A stretch of DNA of 64,000 nucleotides from the NCBI GenBank assembly GCA_965240325.2, contig OZ251247.1, forward strand, positions 930,001 through 994,000, read 5' to 3'. The stretch is from Rebecca billardiae RCC1528. Its lineage: Eukaryota > Protista > Haptophyta. A program made the position numbers and the translations under genes. The notes under the pieces were generated by a model, which saw only the letters and a program-made list of their open reading frames with translations, made no database searches and was not told where the DNA came from. Positions 1 to 12,885 of the stretch are shown here, piece after piece (the first letter of the stretch is position 1; each line of letters begins with the position of its first letter).

Positions 1-1422
1 AGCAGCAGCAGGTCCCAACATGCGATATAGGCTGTGTACTGGCAGGCGGTCAAATATGTAGTTTCCTAGAAGCCACCGATCGTTACATACCCACTGTGTA
101 TATAGGCGCCATGCTGATGAATACAGCCTCATCTGATCTCGAGCTGCGAGATACGTTTTCAGACTGTGTATACGGCCACGCGTACGGCGTATTGCAGACA
201 TATTAGACCCAAAGCACCGGCCCCACGTCCTCAGCCCGGGAGTGCTCTCGGTCATAGTCAAGGTTTAAAGTCACTCGAGCCAACCGTCACCGCTCCCTGG
301 CCGAGACCTACGAGGCAGGTCAAATCTGTCGTCGTCGCAGTGCGGCACAGTGCCGAGCATGCGATTCGGCAGCAAACGTCTGCTCCAGGCGGTGGCTGGC
401 GTGTCTGCACCAAACCAGGCTGGATGGGATTGGTCCACATAGGTACGCACTACCCTGTTCCGCGCTATTTCTGGGCTTAGGGGCGGATATTCGGCCTACA
501 GAGGCTGATCCGGCGCTGTTCGGCGCTCCTGGCTGGCTGCGCGGAGCCCAACGGCAAGCGCCGGCGTGTGCAAGGTGTCAAGATTGAGACGGTCTCTGAC
601 GCTCCCGCCGGTCTTGGGCGCACCAGGGTGCATGAGGGCCCATCTGCATCTGCTTCTGCAGGCATGAGCGTCACAGGGGCGCGCTTGCAGGCACGGTCGA
701 GTGCACGTCGGACCTGTCGAATGAGCCAACCGCTGCCTGCGAGCACGTCCGCGACGTCCTGAGAGGCGAATGGGAGGCGCCCAGACGCCATCAGAGGGCA
801 CACGTGACCCATACCCAACGTACTGACCATCGCAAGTGCCACGGCAGGTGCAAACACGGGCCCTACAAGCGGAACATGACAGTTGCGAGCTCCGCGGAGG
901 TGCTGTGCGCGAGCTCGCGCCGGTCTGCTGACGGCGATTCCGGCGCAGTAGGGCAGGTTAGGCGAGCTGGGCATTCACAGACATACATGGACGATTGGTC
1001 CGAGCATCGATCTCATTGGTCCGAGTTGATCATGCGCCACACCGTGCGGTAGCGTAGCGGGCGTACGCAGCGCACCAATTCAAGCCGGCCGACGCGCGCC
1101 GCGCACGGCGCGAGGTGGCCAAGAAGCGGGTGGTGAGCCGCTGGTGGCGCAAAGGCACGGGTCAGTAGCGCCCACCAGCGTCACGCGCGCGCGCACCCGA
1201 GACCATCTCGGCGTCTCAGAGGTCGCGAGCGCGCGGCGGTCCACTGCCTCCGGCCGCTCGTGCTGGAGCGGAACCGAGCTCTGAGCGCCCGAAGGCGTCG
1301 GAGCTCGATTTTCGAGCGAGGTCCGAGAAAAAGGCTCCGCGCCACCCTAAAAGGCCGAGGGCGGAGCGAAAATGCGACGCGACTTTGCTTTTCATTTTTA
1401 AATGGGCGGTTTGGCCCCCCTA
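1..1422. mobile_element. Right part of a non-autonomous TIR DNA element (hAT-like); its left end lies outside the window
   Basis: Bases 39-1422 are a close copy of 3576-4958, and bases 1-38 match about 1720-1757. It ends in TTTGGCCCCCCTA (1410-1422), the same terminus as 4946-4958. Confidence 0.75.
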
Positions 1423-1424
1423 AG

Positions 1425-4400
1425 TAGGGGGGCCAAAGAGGCACTGTAGCGTTACTGACGGCCACGAGCGCGCGTCCTAGCGAGTGTTTAGAGCTGATTT
1501 CGGGCTGGATCATTTGCCCTCTGGAGGGGTCTGGGCCGGCCATGTAAAAAAATCAGGTGCACATACCCTGAATATAGGGCGTAACGGCTAGCATATTTAC
1601 TTATTAGAATGAGCCTGAACTTATCGGAAACGGTATGTAACGGCCGTCCTATATGTGACATATAGACCATGTCGACCTCACTTTGATAGAGCATCTCAGC
1701 GAGATCGTTCTGAGTCCCCAGCAGCAGCAGGTCCCAACATGCGATATAGGCTGTGTATAGGGGGTCCAAGCCGCGGAATTAAAAATCGAAAATCGACTGA
1801 CCGATTTCGCGGTGACCATTTCCGAACATTGTTGCCTCGAATTGCGGCAGCACGGGCCGCGGCCGTTCAGAGCACGGTCGAGCCCGAGATCGGGCGAGTA
1901 GCACGCCTGGGCGGTGGACTTCATCGTCGCGTCGGCGCGGCGGAGCGCGCTCTGGCGTCAGAGGCGCGCGGGCGGGCGAGTCAGGGTGGCCACCATGACA
2001 GCGGTCGACCAAATGATCGCTGGCAGCTCGCTCTCACCGGACATCTTGAACCTCACAGCCCCGCTCTGCGCGCCGTTCGAACTCTCATCCGGATGAGCGC
2101 GGACAACGCAGCCCCGGTTTCAGGTGAAGCGTGCACGCTGCGCGCTGGTTTACACCTGGTTTAGCTTGTCCATGATGAGCATGAATGACCCCCCGGCGCT
2201 CGGCCTGGTGCGTGCAGTGCTCACCTCCCCACGCGCTGCGCATGCACTCGCGCGATCGCTGGCCGCTCGTTCGCAAACGGGAGTGCGCGGCAGTCGTGGG
2301 TGGTAAGCAAGCTCGGCGACCCTGTGTACGCGCGGGGCCTGTCTTCCAGCTCACAGTAGTACCGCCAGAAGCTCCAGCCGGCACGTGTCGGCTTGTTTGT
2401 TGTGCCACTTGGCGTGCCGCTTGGCTGCATGCAGCAGCCGAGCTGCGCTGAGGCGAAGAGCGTGCACCTTGTCACGAACGTCAAGCTTGCTGCGGAGCAA
2501 ACGCGCGCCACCAAGCTCCGCTATGACCGCTGCCACATCTGCACACCGTGTCTTCGTCTCGGGAGTGCCTGCGCCACTGTTGGCGGCCGTCTTGGAGCAG
2601 CGCGCGGACTGCATGATGCTCGGGGCAGGACTGAGTGCTGCTGGGCGCGGCAGTGGAGGCAGAGAGCTCAACGCTCGCCACCGAGCAGCTCGCAGAGTCA
2701 GAGGTAAGCTGGAGCAGCCTCGACTGCAAGCGCTGTAGCCGCAGCAGAGGTGGACCGGCGGCGGCCTCGCGTGGGCTGGGGTACGACGAACGGCGACGGT
2801 GCCGGTGACACCTGAGTACGGGCAAGGAAGCCGCCCGGCACATGGCGAGCTAGTCTGCGCACGCCAGCCTCGACGGCGGAGAGGACTCTCACGCCGGGAT
2901 GGTGGCGGCATGTTTAGTGGCGGAGTTGGCCGTGTGCCGCAGCACGTGCAGCCCGCCACCGGCATCAGGCCCGCGTTCGCGGGCCGGCACTCACTGATGT
3001 GCTGAGTCCAGTGGCATGAGCCGTCTCGGCGCCGCCGTACTCCGTATTCGGATGACCCAGCAAGTAGTGAGCAAGGTACCCATGTATAGGCACTCACTTG
3101 AATACATATGGCAAAATTAACCGCATTCGATATATAGTGGGTAACATGGTGCTTGTATGCGGGTACATTCCCATAATTAAATGGGTAATGTGCTCGATCT
3201 TGGAGTAGTTTTTCATGGACGTCTACGCGCACAGCATTGTGCCCCACTTTTTCGGTATTTTCACCATAAAATCCTCTGGATAGAGGGCAGCGCTTGTCAA
3301 TAAGTAAGCCCGACCGCGTATCGTCATCTAGCTGCCATGACAAGTAGGTAACATTCGGCTGAATCTCTATGTGACACAGCGGGCGCCGCTGCGTGCGCGC
3401 GCGGCCGCGCGACGACACGCGGAGTCGGTTTTTAGTGCTTCTGGCGGCTGGGCTGGGCTCTGGGACATATTTGAGGGTGACTCCGCAAGCGTCACGCTCA
3501 TCAGACGCCTACATGGCATGGTTGTCAAATATCACCAATCGGTGGGCTGCTGGCTTGGACCCCCTACAGTGTGTACTGGCAGGCTGTCAAATATGTAGTT
3601 TCCTGGAAGCCACTGGTCGTTACATACCCACCGTGTATATAGCCGCCATGCTGATGAATACAGTCTCGCCTGATCTCGAGCTGCGAGATACGTTTTCAGA
3701 CTGTGTATACGGCCACGCGTACGGCATATTGCAGACATGATGGACCCAAAGCACCGGCCCCACGTCCTCAGCCCGGGAGTGCTCTCGGTCATAGTCAAGG
3801 TTTAAAGTCACCCGAGCCAACCGCCACCGCTCCCTGGCCGAGACCTACGAGGCAGGTCAAATCTGTCGTCGTCGCAGTGCGGCACAGTGCCGAGCATGCG
3901 ATTCGGCAGCAAACGCCTGCTCCAGGCGGTGGCTGGCGTCTCTGCACCAAACCAGGCTGGATGGGATCGGTCCATATAGGTACGCCCTACCCTGTTCCGC
4001 GCTATTTCTGGGCTTTGGGGCGGATATTCGGCCTACAGAGGCTGATCCGGCGTTGTTCGGCGCTCCTGGCTGGCTGCGCGGAGCCCACCGGCAAGCGCCG
4101 GCGTGTGCAAGGTGTCAAGATTGAGACGGTCTCTGACGCTCCCGCCGGTCTTGGGCGCACCACGGTGCATGGGGGCCCATCTGCATCTGCTTCTGCAGGC
4201 ATGAGCGTCACAGGGGCGCGCTTGCAGGCACGGTCCAGTGCTAGTCGGACCTGTCGAATGAGCCAACCGCTGCCTGCGAGCACGTCCGCGACGTCCTGAG
4301 AGGCAAATGGGAGGCGTCCCGACGCCATCAGCGGGCACACATGACCCATACCCAACGTGCTGACCATCGCAAGTGCCACGGCAGGTGCAAACACGGGCCC

Positions 4401-4958
4401 TACGAGCGGAAGATGGCAGTTGCGGGCTCCGCGGAGGTGTTGCGCGCGAGCTCGCGCCGGTCTGCTGACGGCGATTCCGGCGCAGTAGGGCAGGTTAGGC
4501 GAGTTGACCATGCACATACATACCTAGACACCTGCTCCGAGCACCGATCTCACCACTCCGAGTTGATCATGACCCACACCGAGCGGTAGCGTGAGAGGCG
4601 CACGCAGCGCGCCAATTCAAGCCGGCCGACGCGCGCCGCGCACGGCGCGAGGTGGCCAAGAAGCGGGTGGTGAGCCGCTGGTGGCGCAAAGGCACGGGTC
4701 AGTAGCGCCCACTAGCGTCACGCGCGCGCGCACCCGAGACCATCTCGGCGTCTCAGAGGTCGCGAGCGCGCGGCGGTCCACTGCCTCCGGCCGCTCGTCT
4801 GGAGCGGAACCGAGCTCTGAGCGCCCGAAGGCGTCGGAGCTCGATTTTCGAGCGGGGTCCGAGAAAAAGGCTCCGCGCCACCCTAAAAGCCCGAGGGCGG
4901 AGCGAAAATGCGCCGCGGCTTTGATTTTCTTTTTTAAATGGGCGGTTTGGCCCCCCTA
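1425..4958. mobile_element. Complete non-autonomous TIR DNA element (hAT-like) carrying a nested insertion
   Basis: Perfect 13-bp TIRs: TAGGGGGGCCAAA (1425-1437) and TTTGGCCCCCCTA (4946-4958). It lies 2 bp from the preceding copy. No intact transposase ORF was recognised. Confidence 0.75.
1758..3566. mobile_element. Nested non-autonomous TIR element (hAT-like)
   Basis: Perfect 15-bp TIRs: TAGGGGGTCCAAGCC (1758-1772) and GGCTTGGACCCCCTA (3552-3566). The flanks GGCTGTGTA and CAGTGTGTA form a degenerate 8-9-bp TSD. The empty site GGCTGTGTA|CTGGCAGG is visible at 30-46 in the other copy. Confidence 0.8.
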
Positions 4959-5469
4959 CCGTGAGTGAGTCGCCAGCGTCATCGGTTCGAGCGAGCAGCA
5001 TGACGAGCAGTCGTAGTCGTCGTTGCTGCTGCGCCGCGGCTTGACGACGATAATAACACGCGACGCGCGCCATATCGTCGCTGGCGCGCAGTGTTCGCAG
5101 CGGCGACCTTGTTGACGATGCGACTACTACGATATTGTGCGCGGCATCGTCAGCACTCCCGATGTTCAAAACAACGCGCGGTCGAAGACGCTGCACGAGA
5201 AGCGCGCGCGACCTGGCCAGCGTGTGCGGACGACGTCCCGCAGCCGGGCGAGGCGCCTCGGAGTTAGTATTGCAGTACATACCATAGCGTCGTGCGCCAC
5301 AGCCGTGGCGACCCACCATCGGGCGCTCATGCTCGTCGGCCTACGAGCCGCCTCGCCACGAGGGTCGCCGCCGCCCGCGAGACGGTAACGCCCTGCTGCT
5401 CACTGCGCGCACAAACTAGCGTACGTCGCACCGCAATATGGGGGTATGTATCGGCCACAACCGCCCGAC

Positions 5470-5762
5470 ACGCCGCCCGCCTCGTCCCGCCCGCCCCGTC
5501 CCGTGCGCCCGCGCGCGCCACACGCGCGCAGCCCGCTTGCAGACGAGCTCATCACCGCGGCGATGCGCGTGGCGCGACACGGCCGGGCTGCTGCTGGGGC
5601 TGCGCGCCCGGCGCGACGCGGCTGCCTGCCGAGCCGATCGCAGCGCCGCGCCTCGCCGCCTCCGCGGCGGGTGGCGGCGGCGGCGGCGGTGGCGCGTGCG
5701 CGCCGCCCGCGCCCGCGCGCGTGTTCGCCGAGGGCGCACACCGGACGCCGAGTACGGGCGGT
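5470..5762 (+). pseudogene. Displaced, degenerate fragment of the last intron/exon of the multi-domain glycan gene
   Basis: Matches about 28893-29190 (CCCGCTCGCAGACGAGCTC...GCGATGCGCGT...ACACGGCCGGGCTGCTGCT...GAGTACG) with small indels. Confidence 0.7.
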
Positions 5763-6154
5763 CGCCCTCAACATTGTACTGCCTCTCATAGAGCGGATCG
5801 TCAGACCGTTAAAAACTGCCGGATGCCATAAATATTACCCCAATACTACTATCTCGCCTGCCTGAGCTGTGTGCGACTGTGCGTCTCTTATTCTTAGTAA
5901 ACTTTATGCAAATGGGTGGAGTACCTGTCTGGTACTCATAATACTCACTGGGGAATCGCACCTGCTTATGAAAACTGGCAACCGATTTGGGCGCCAGAAT
6001 ATGATGTCATTGTTGCGTCCCAGACGCCCAAGGCTTCTCACAAAGTCATCAATGAACGCGCTCGAGCCTCGAACGAGCTCGTGGCCGATCGCAGGCTCAT
6101 CATTTGCCAGGGGCCGCCGCCATCAATCACGCGCGCTCCCCCTTACGCCCGAGC

Positions 6155-9100
6155 ATGTGGCTCTTCTGCGGCAAGAATCCCTGCGGCACGCAAGCCGGTG
6201 TGCGCTCCAGTGACGAGGAGGAGCGTGGCGACGACGGCGCGCCCGAGGCACCGCCCGATGCCCGCGCCACGCTCGTCCAAGATGGCGCCGAGCCGAGCGA
6301 CGCGGCCGCGGGCGGCGACGACGGCGCGCGGCGGGGGGTGCGCGAGCGGCTCGCGGGCTGGGGCGCGGGGCGGTGGCTGCTCGTCGTCGGCGCCGCGTGC
6401 AGCGCTGTCCTCATCACCGGCGCAGCGTACCACTGGCGGCACCACATCAAGGGCTCGCTCAGCCGGCTGCAGCAGCGAGGGACGGCGGACGTGCCCGAGG
6501 ATGCGCGCTGCCTCGGGCGCGTGGGGCGGCAGGACGGGCAGTGGCTCATGGCGCCGGGCTCGACGGTCGAGCACGCTGCGCGCTGGGCCTTTGTGTTGGA
6601 CGCGTCCATCCTCGTCCTCGCCGTCGCCGCGCTGCTGCTGCTGCGCGCGTGGAAGAGCCCGGATGCGGCCGCGTCCACGGCGAAGAGCCTCTTCTCGGCG
6701 GCCATGTCCGCGTTCGACCTGTTCACAGACGCGCTGCTGGCGTCGCAGTGGTGGCGGTGCGCGCACCGGCTGTGGGCGGGCCTCGCCTTCGTCTTCACCG
6801 CCGCGGGCGCGCTGCCCACGCTCCAAGTCGCGCGCGCCGCGGCAGAGGTGGCCGCGCTGCCGCCCGATGCTTACGAGTTTGACCGCAAAGAGGTGGAAGA
6901 GCGGCTGCGCGACGCAAAGGCGCTCGAGGCGACGGTGGAGAGCGCGCCGCAGACGTACCTGCAGGGGTACGCGATGCTGCGCATCGGCGCCGTGCACGCC
7001 ACGCCGCTGGCGCTCGCCTCGCTGCTCTTCTCCGCCTCGATGATTGGCCACCACACGTACGTGTACACCATCAGCAGCGCGCTTGATTTTGCTGGTGGTC
7101 GGCCCACCGTGCAGTGGTGGAGCGTGACCGTGCCCGTGGTCGGCTGGACGGTGGGCGTGGACGACCTGGCGTGCCGCGTGGGCACGGTGATGTCCGTGCT
7201 GTGCCGCGCGCTGACGCACGGCCTCTTCGCCTGCGCGTTCCACAGCTGGCTGCTGGCGGCGCTCTCGGCGGCGGCGCTCGCGCTGGTCGCCTCCGTGCGC
7301 TACAGCGGCCACCTCAAGGTCATGGGTGCACTCGAGCGCGGAGGGCAGCTGGCGGCCTGGCGGAGCGCGGCGTGGGAGGCGGGCATCGTGTACGCCGCCG
7401 TGGGCATGGTCGACCTGAGCTCGGCGGGGTGGCTCGCGCACACGGCGCCCACCCACGTCCTGCTCGGCTGCGCGGAGGCCGCGCTGGCGGTGGCCGCGCT
7501 GCGCTGGCCGTCCGCGTGGCGCGAGGCGCAGAGCGCGCCTGCGCTGGCGGCACTCGCGTGGGCGTGGGGCTGCGCGTGGGTGGCGCACAAGGCCGTCGTC
7601 GTGCGCTTGCTGCAGCTCAAGGCAGATCCAGTGGTCGTCAGCCTCATGTGTGCGCGCGCGCGCGTGGCGACGACGTGGCGCCTGCCGCGGCGGGCTCGGG
7701 CGCGCGCGCGGCGGCGGGCGGGCGGCGCGGCCGCGGGGCGCTGTGCCAGCGGCGCGTGCGGCGCGCTCGCGTGTGCACGGGCGGGCACGCATCGCACGCG
7801 CAAGCTCGACACCCACTCACGCCCCCGCCGCGCGCCCGCTCCTTCCGCCGCGCCTCCCGCAGTTCCAACGGGATCGGCGACGCTGGCGCCACTGCCATCG
7901 CGGACGCCGTGCGCCACAGCCGCTCCCTGCAGAGGCTTGTCCTCCAGTACGTGTGCACGCGCGTGGGGGCGGGGGCGGGGGTGGCGCGGAGGGGCGGGGG
8001 TGGGTGAGCGGGTGCCAGCTGGGGCATGCGCTGCGGAAGCATGTCGAGCGCGCCGCGCCGCGCGCGCGCGCGCCGCGCGCCCTCGCGCGGTGATGTCCGA
8101 GCGCGCGCCGCGCGCGCGGCCGCGTCGGCATGCTCGGGCGCGCGCGCGGCGGCGGGCGGGCGGCGCGGCCGCGGGCGGGCGGGCGGCGCGGCCGTGGGGC
8201 GCTGTGCCAGCGGCGCGTGCGGCTCGCTCGCGCGTGCACGGGCGGGCACGCGCCGCGCGCGCGCGCTCGACACCCACTCACGCCCCCGCCGCGCGCCCGC
8301 CCCTCCCGCCGCGCCTCCCGCAGTGGCAACGGGATCGGCGACGCTGGCGCCACTGCCATCGCGGACGCCGTGCGCCACAGCCCCTCCCTGCAGGAGCTCC
8401 ACCTCGAGTACGTGTGCACGCGCGCGGGAGCGGGCACGGGGGTGGCGCGGAGGGGTGGGGGTGGGTGGGCGGGTGCCAGCCGAGGCATGTGCTGCGGACG
8501 CACGTCGAGCGCGGCGCGCCGCGCGCGCGCGCGCCGCGCGCCCTCGCGCGGTGATGTCCGAGCGCGCGCCGCGCGCGCGGCCGCGTCGGCGGGCTCGGGC
8601 GCGCGCGCTGCGGCGGGCGGGCGGCGCGGCGGCGGGCGGGCGGGCGGCGCGGCCGTGGGGCGCGCTCGCGTGTGCTCGGGCGGGCTCGCACCGCGCGCGC
8701 GCACTCGACACCCACTCACGCCCGCGCCGCGCGCCCGCCCCTCCCGCCGCGCCTCCCGCAGTTTCAACGGGATCGGCGACGCTGGCGCCACTGCCATCGC
8801 GGACGCCGTGCGCCACAGCCGCTCCCTGCAGGAGCTTGTCCTCTAGTACGTGTGCACGCGCGCGGGGGTGGGCGCGGAGGTGGCGCGGAGGGGTGGGGGT
8901 GGGTGGGTGGGCGCCAGCTGGGGCATGTGCTGCGGACGCACGTCGAGCGCTGCGCGCCGCGCGCGCGCGCGCCGCGCGCCCTCGCGCGGTGATGTCCGAG
9001 CGTGCGCCGCGCGCGCGGCCGCGTCGGCGTGCTCGGGCGCGCGCGCTGCGTCGGGCGCGGCCGCGGTGGCGGGGCGCTGTGGCAGCGGCGCAGGCGGCGC

Positions 9101-9290
9101 GCTCGCGCGTGCTCGGGCGGGCACGCTGCGCGTGCGCGCGCTCTGCCCTTGCTCACGCCCCAGCCGCGCGCCCGACACCCGTCCCCCACTGCGCGCCTCC
9201 CGCAGTTACAATCGCCTCAGCGAGGCGGGCAAGAAGGCGGTGCGCGAGGCGTGGGAGCAGAGCGGCAAGGAGGGCAGGCTGGAGCTGTGA
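6155..9290 (+). CDS. XK/Xkr-like multipass membrane protein fused to a C-terminal RI-type LRR array, paralogue A (3 LRR cassette exons)
   Basis: Exons: 6155-7647, 7863-7946, 8324-8407, 8762-8845, 9206-9290 (TGA). All introns are GT-AG and phase 2. XK-family-like motifs are FDLFTDALLA and LEATVESAPQTYLQGY, with many hydrophobic helices. The repeat unit is xNxIGDAGATAIADAVRHSRSLQxLxLx. An apparent TAG at 8844-8846 is removed by splicing (TA|T = Tyr), which supports the model. Confidence 0.85.
7648..9205 (+). repeat. Tandem intron-exon repeat, ~438-461-bp period (LRR cassette array A)
   Basis: Exon starts at 7863, 8324, 8762 and 9206; the introns are near-identical to one another. Confidence 0.9.
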
Positions 9291-10828
9291 TGTGCAGCTC
9301 CGGTGCCGCCGAGAGGCGATGGGTGGGGAGACTGCTTGCGTCGGCAGGGCCTGGGACGAGCACCGGCCCGCCCGCGCTGCGCTGGCGCTGCTCGGGCAGT
9401 GGCAGTGCATGCAGTCGTCGGTGATGAGGGCACCGCGCGGCGCCGTGGGCGGCGCCGCCCAACCGACGAGCGCTTGCGCGCTGCACGGCGGCAGTGACGA
9501 CGGCCGGCATCGTTCGAGAGCGGCGGGCGTAGACGGCGCGGGCGCAGGTCGGCGCGCACAAGTGGAGGCGTCGTTTTTCATTCGATCGGCGTGGCGCCGT
9601 GCGCAGTGCTCGCCTCCGGCTTCCGACTCGACTCGACTCGGCCCAGCGCGCCGCGGGCTCGGCCGGCGCCGCGGCGCGGCGCGCGGTATTGGCCGAGCTC
9701 GCACGCCGCACGGCTACGGTGACGACGGGCTCGGCGGAAAGTGGGTGTCGTCAGCGTTGGCGAAGCTCTGCGCGCACGGGTGGAGGCGTTTCGACCAGGT
9801 CACATGGCGTGGAGCCGTGCTCGCTCGCCGGCTTCGGAAATCGACTCGGTCGGCGCTCAGTCAGCAGCGCGTGCGCGTGGTCGCGCAGAAGAGGCCGCGC
9901 GTGGCGACGCCGCAGCTGCGCAGTGCTGATGTGAGGAGTAGTCATCGCAGCGACGAAACAGCCCAGCAGTGCCGCCCCGCTTCGAATCGGCTTCGATCTC
10001 GCTCGGAGCTGATCGACACCCGGACGATCACGATCGGACCTGTCGTCAGCGTTAATGGTGGTGCGCTCGGCAGCACCACTAGCTGGTGCCGTTCGAAACA
10101 GTGCGCACGACGGCGCACGCAGCAAGCAGCTAGTAAGATGGCGCGGCCGAGCAAGCCGTGTGCATGCAGCTACAGCCTACAGGATCGCGCAGTGGGCGCG
10201 CGCCGCACCACCACTGCTGACCGCACCGCGACGCACGCCCCGCAGAGCCCGGAGCTCGTCGTCAGCGTGACGCCGGCACGGCAGCGCCCACAGAATCCGC
10301 CAGCTCGTCCGGGGCGAGGCGAGCGCCGTCGATTCGCGCCGCGGCACCGAGCTCAGCCGCTCCCGCTGCAGCCGCCGCCGCCGTGAGACTTCACTCGTGC
10401 GACGTCTCCAACGACGTGCTGCGCGAGCTGCACCCTGAAATCGGAGGGGGCCGCCGGCGCGCCATGCTCGCGCGCCTCCCAGCACAGTGAGGATCTGCAT
10501 CGCAGTGGGTCAGCGTGTGCGAAGTGCTGTGCACGTCCACGCGCATGGTGCCACACGACACGACGCTCAATCATCGTCAAGGACAGCCAGCCGCCGCGAG
10601 TAACGCCGCCATCGTTGCTCGGCGGCGGAGAAGAGTACCAGACAGACGTGTGTCCTCTGGTTTTGATGACGATGCTGAAATAAAAGCCGCCCGGGCGCCG
10701 CATCCAAAGTGCCGGAGCCACGGGTTTAAATTGCATGATGATTTACAAGTGCGGCATCTCCGCCGCCGCCGCAGGAGCCAGGACGCAGCGATCCGGTGTG
10801 ACGCTGGCCCACACGCGACGAATCGACG

Positions 10829-11605
10829 ATGGCCGTCATCACCAGCATCAGCTCGGGGGCGGTGGGCGCCGCTGCGCCCACCGCGCGCCCGCACGCGCGT
10901 GCGTGGCGGGGAACGCCGTGGCGAGGGACGCCGTGCCGGGGCGACGTCGGCCCGCGCCCCGCGCCGTGCGCCGCCTCGGCGCCCGCGCGTCGCCCTGTGG
11001 CTGTGGCAGCGCGTGCGCGGCTGCTGCTGCTGCCGCTGCTGCTCGGCGGCGCGACGGGCGCGGCGGCGGCTGCGGCGGCAGCAGCGCCGCCACCGACGTA
11101 CGCGGCGGGGGCGGACGCGCTGCTGCTCGACGACGTGCACGCAGGCGACTTTGTGCTCGGCGCCCGCGCCAGCCTCGCCACCGCACCGCCGCCGCCGGCC
11201 CCGTCCGCGCGCTGCCTCGCCGCTGTAGCAGCGATGCCGCGCGCGCCCGCCGCCGACGGCGGCGGCCCCGGCGCCGGCGGCGACGGGGCGGGGCGCGCGC
11301 GCCCCGCGCCGCTGCTCCCGCCCGAGTGCGCGTGGCAGGCGGCCGCGCTGTGGGCGTTCCCCGCCTCCGGGGTGGGCTGGGTGGGCGCGCTGCTGCAGAG
11401 GGCGGCGGGCTGGGCGGTGGGGGTGGCGCCGGGCGCGGGGAGGGGCGCGGGCGCGGCGGGGCGGCAGGGCGGGCGGACGCGCGGGTGCGAGCACCGCGCG
11501 CTCGCCATCGTCGCCGAGTCCACCGCCACGCCACACGCGGTGCTGCGCCACTGGGCGGGCGCCAACAGGGCGCGCGCCCTCACGCACGCGGCGCCGCGCG
11601 GGCTG

Positions 11606-11644
<39 letters not shown>

Positions 11645-12195
11645 TGGGCGGAGCTGCCGCCGGTGCAGCCGCGCTCGGCGCGCAACATCCCGTGGCACGG
11701 CGCGCAGTCCGAGGCGCTCGCGCCGCACGGCACCGCGCACGCAGCCATCAGGCAAGCCGCGCGAGCGCGCCGCGCCGCCGCCGCCGCCTCAGCCGCGCCG
11801 CGCCCCGCGCGCGGCTGCGGCAGCTCAGCAGCGCGCGGCCGCCTGCCAACCGAGCGCGCGCGTGCCCCTCCGCCCGGACACCCACACCCCCCGCGCGCCA
11901 CGCGCCCCCGCAGCCGCCACCTCGTTGAGTGCAGCGCGTGGCGCCCCGCGCGCGCCCTGCTCGTGGAGCGCTGTCCGTACGCGGCGATCGGCGCGCTGCT
12001 CGGCGCACACGCACACGCGGGGGGCGGCGGCGCGGAGGGCGCGGAGGGCGGGGGGGGCGGTGTTGAGGATGCGGCGGCGGGGGGCTCGCTCGAGCCGGTG
12101 GACGCGGAGGCGACCGCGCTCGAGCTCGCGGCCGACTACGCGGCCGCGTGGGCGAGGTGGGTGCGCACCGCCCGCTGCTGCTGTGCTGCTGCGCT
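10829..12195 (+). pseudogene. 3'-truncated duplicate of the multi-domain glycan gene (sulfotransferase-like part only)
   Basis: Near-identical to 22435-23795. Similarity stops within intron 2, where unrelated sequence begins. Confidence 0.75.
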
Positions 12196-12231
12196 GCTGT
12201 GTGGAAGCACTGTCTGTGGCGCGTGGCACTG

Positions 12232-12798
12232 TCAGCAGGCCAGACTAGTGTCGCCTTGCGCGGCCCCGCGTTGCAAGAGCTCGGCGGCATCCGCCTTGGG
12301 CTCTGCGCGCGACGCGCCGTCCGGCCTAATCCCACCGCCACCGCCGCCCGAATCCGCCGCGCCACGCGGGCTGCCGGCGGCGCCGACGAGCGCGCAGCAC
12401 AGCGCGCCGAGCAGCGCGAGCGAGCCGCCGCACAGCCGCTCGAGCCAGGTGGCGGCGAGCAGGGTGGCGGCGAAGCTGAGCGCCATGAGCAGCGCGCCGG
12501 CCTACGTCGCGGCGGTGAGCGCCGGGCTCCGCACCCCGTCGCGCAGCGCCACGCCCTTGCTGTACACGCCGAGCGCGAGCGCGAGCATCACGGGCACGAA
12601 GAGCGCAGCGAGCACGCGCAGCGCCCACGGCGAGCGGCCCGTGCGCGGGTCGTAGTGGCGGCCGCCGTAGGTGACGCGTCCGAGGGGCACGCCGGACGCG
12701 ATGGCGACCTGGAGGAGGGCCATCAGCCCGAAGATCGCCGCCGCCGCGCGCGCGCAGGCGAGCACCACCGACGGCGGCAGCGGGCACGGCGACGACAT
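12232..12798 (-). pseudogene. Small ~4-TM membrane protein with one in-frame stop
   Basis: Reads MSSPCPLPPSVVLACARAAAAIFGLMALLQVAIASGVPLGRVTYGG...ALTAAT*AGALLMALSFAATLLAATWLERLCGG... The TAG at 12502-12504 interrupts an otherwise continuous hydrophobic frame and is probably TGG>TAG. Confidence 0.65.
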
Positions 12799-12885
12799 GC
12801 CGGCGTCCGTCGGCGTCGAGCTTTGCCGCCACTGTGCGGTGCTGCCCAAACGGAAAGGCGGTCCGGTCCGGCCGCAGCCCGATGG

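Larger units (their letters stand above)
4984..12195 (+). repeat. Segmental duplication, copy A (glycan-gene tail fragment, XK-LRR gene, glycan-gene 5' part)
   Basis: Collinear and highly similar to 14773-23795, apart from the number of LRR cassettes. Confidence 0.9.

Noticed and set aside
166-4589. ORFs inside the TIR elements (e.g. 166-480, 3703-4299, 2351-3418)
   Set aside because: They have no recognisable motifs, stops differ between the two copies, and there is no codon bias.
8844-8846. Apparent premature TAG in paralogue A
   Set aside because: The G is the first base of the GTACGT donor; the spliced codon is TAT.
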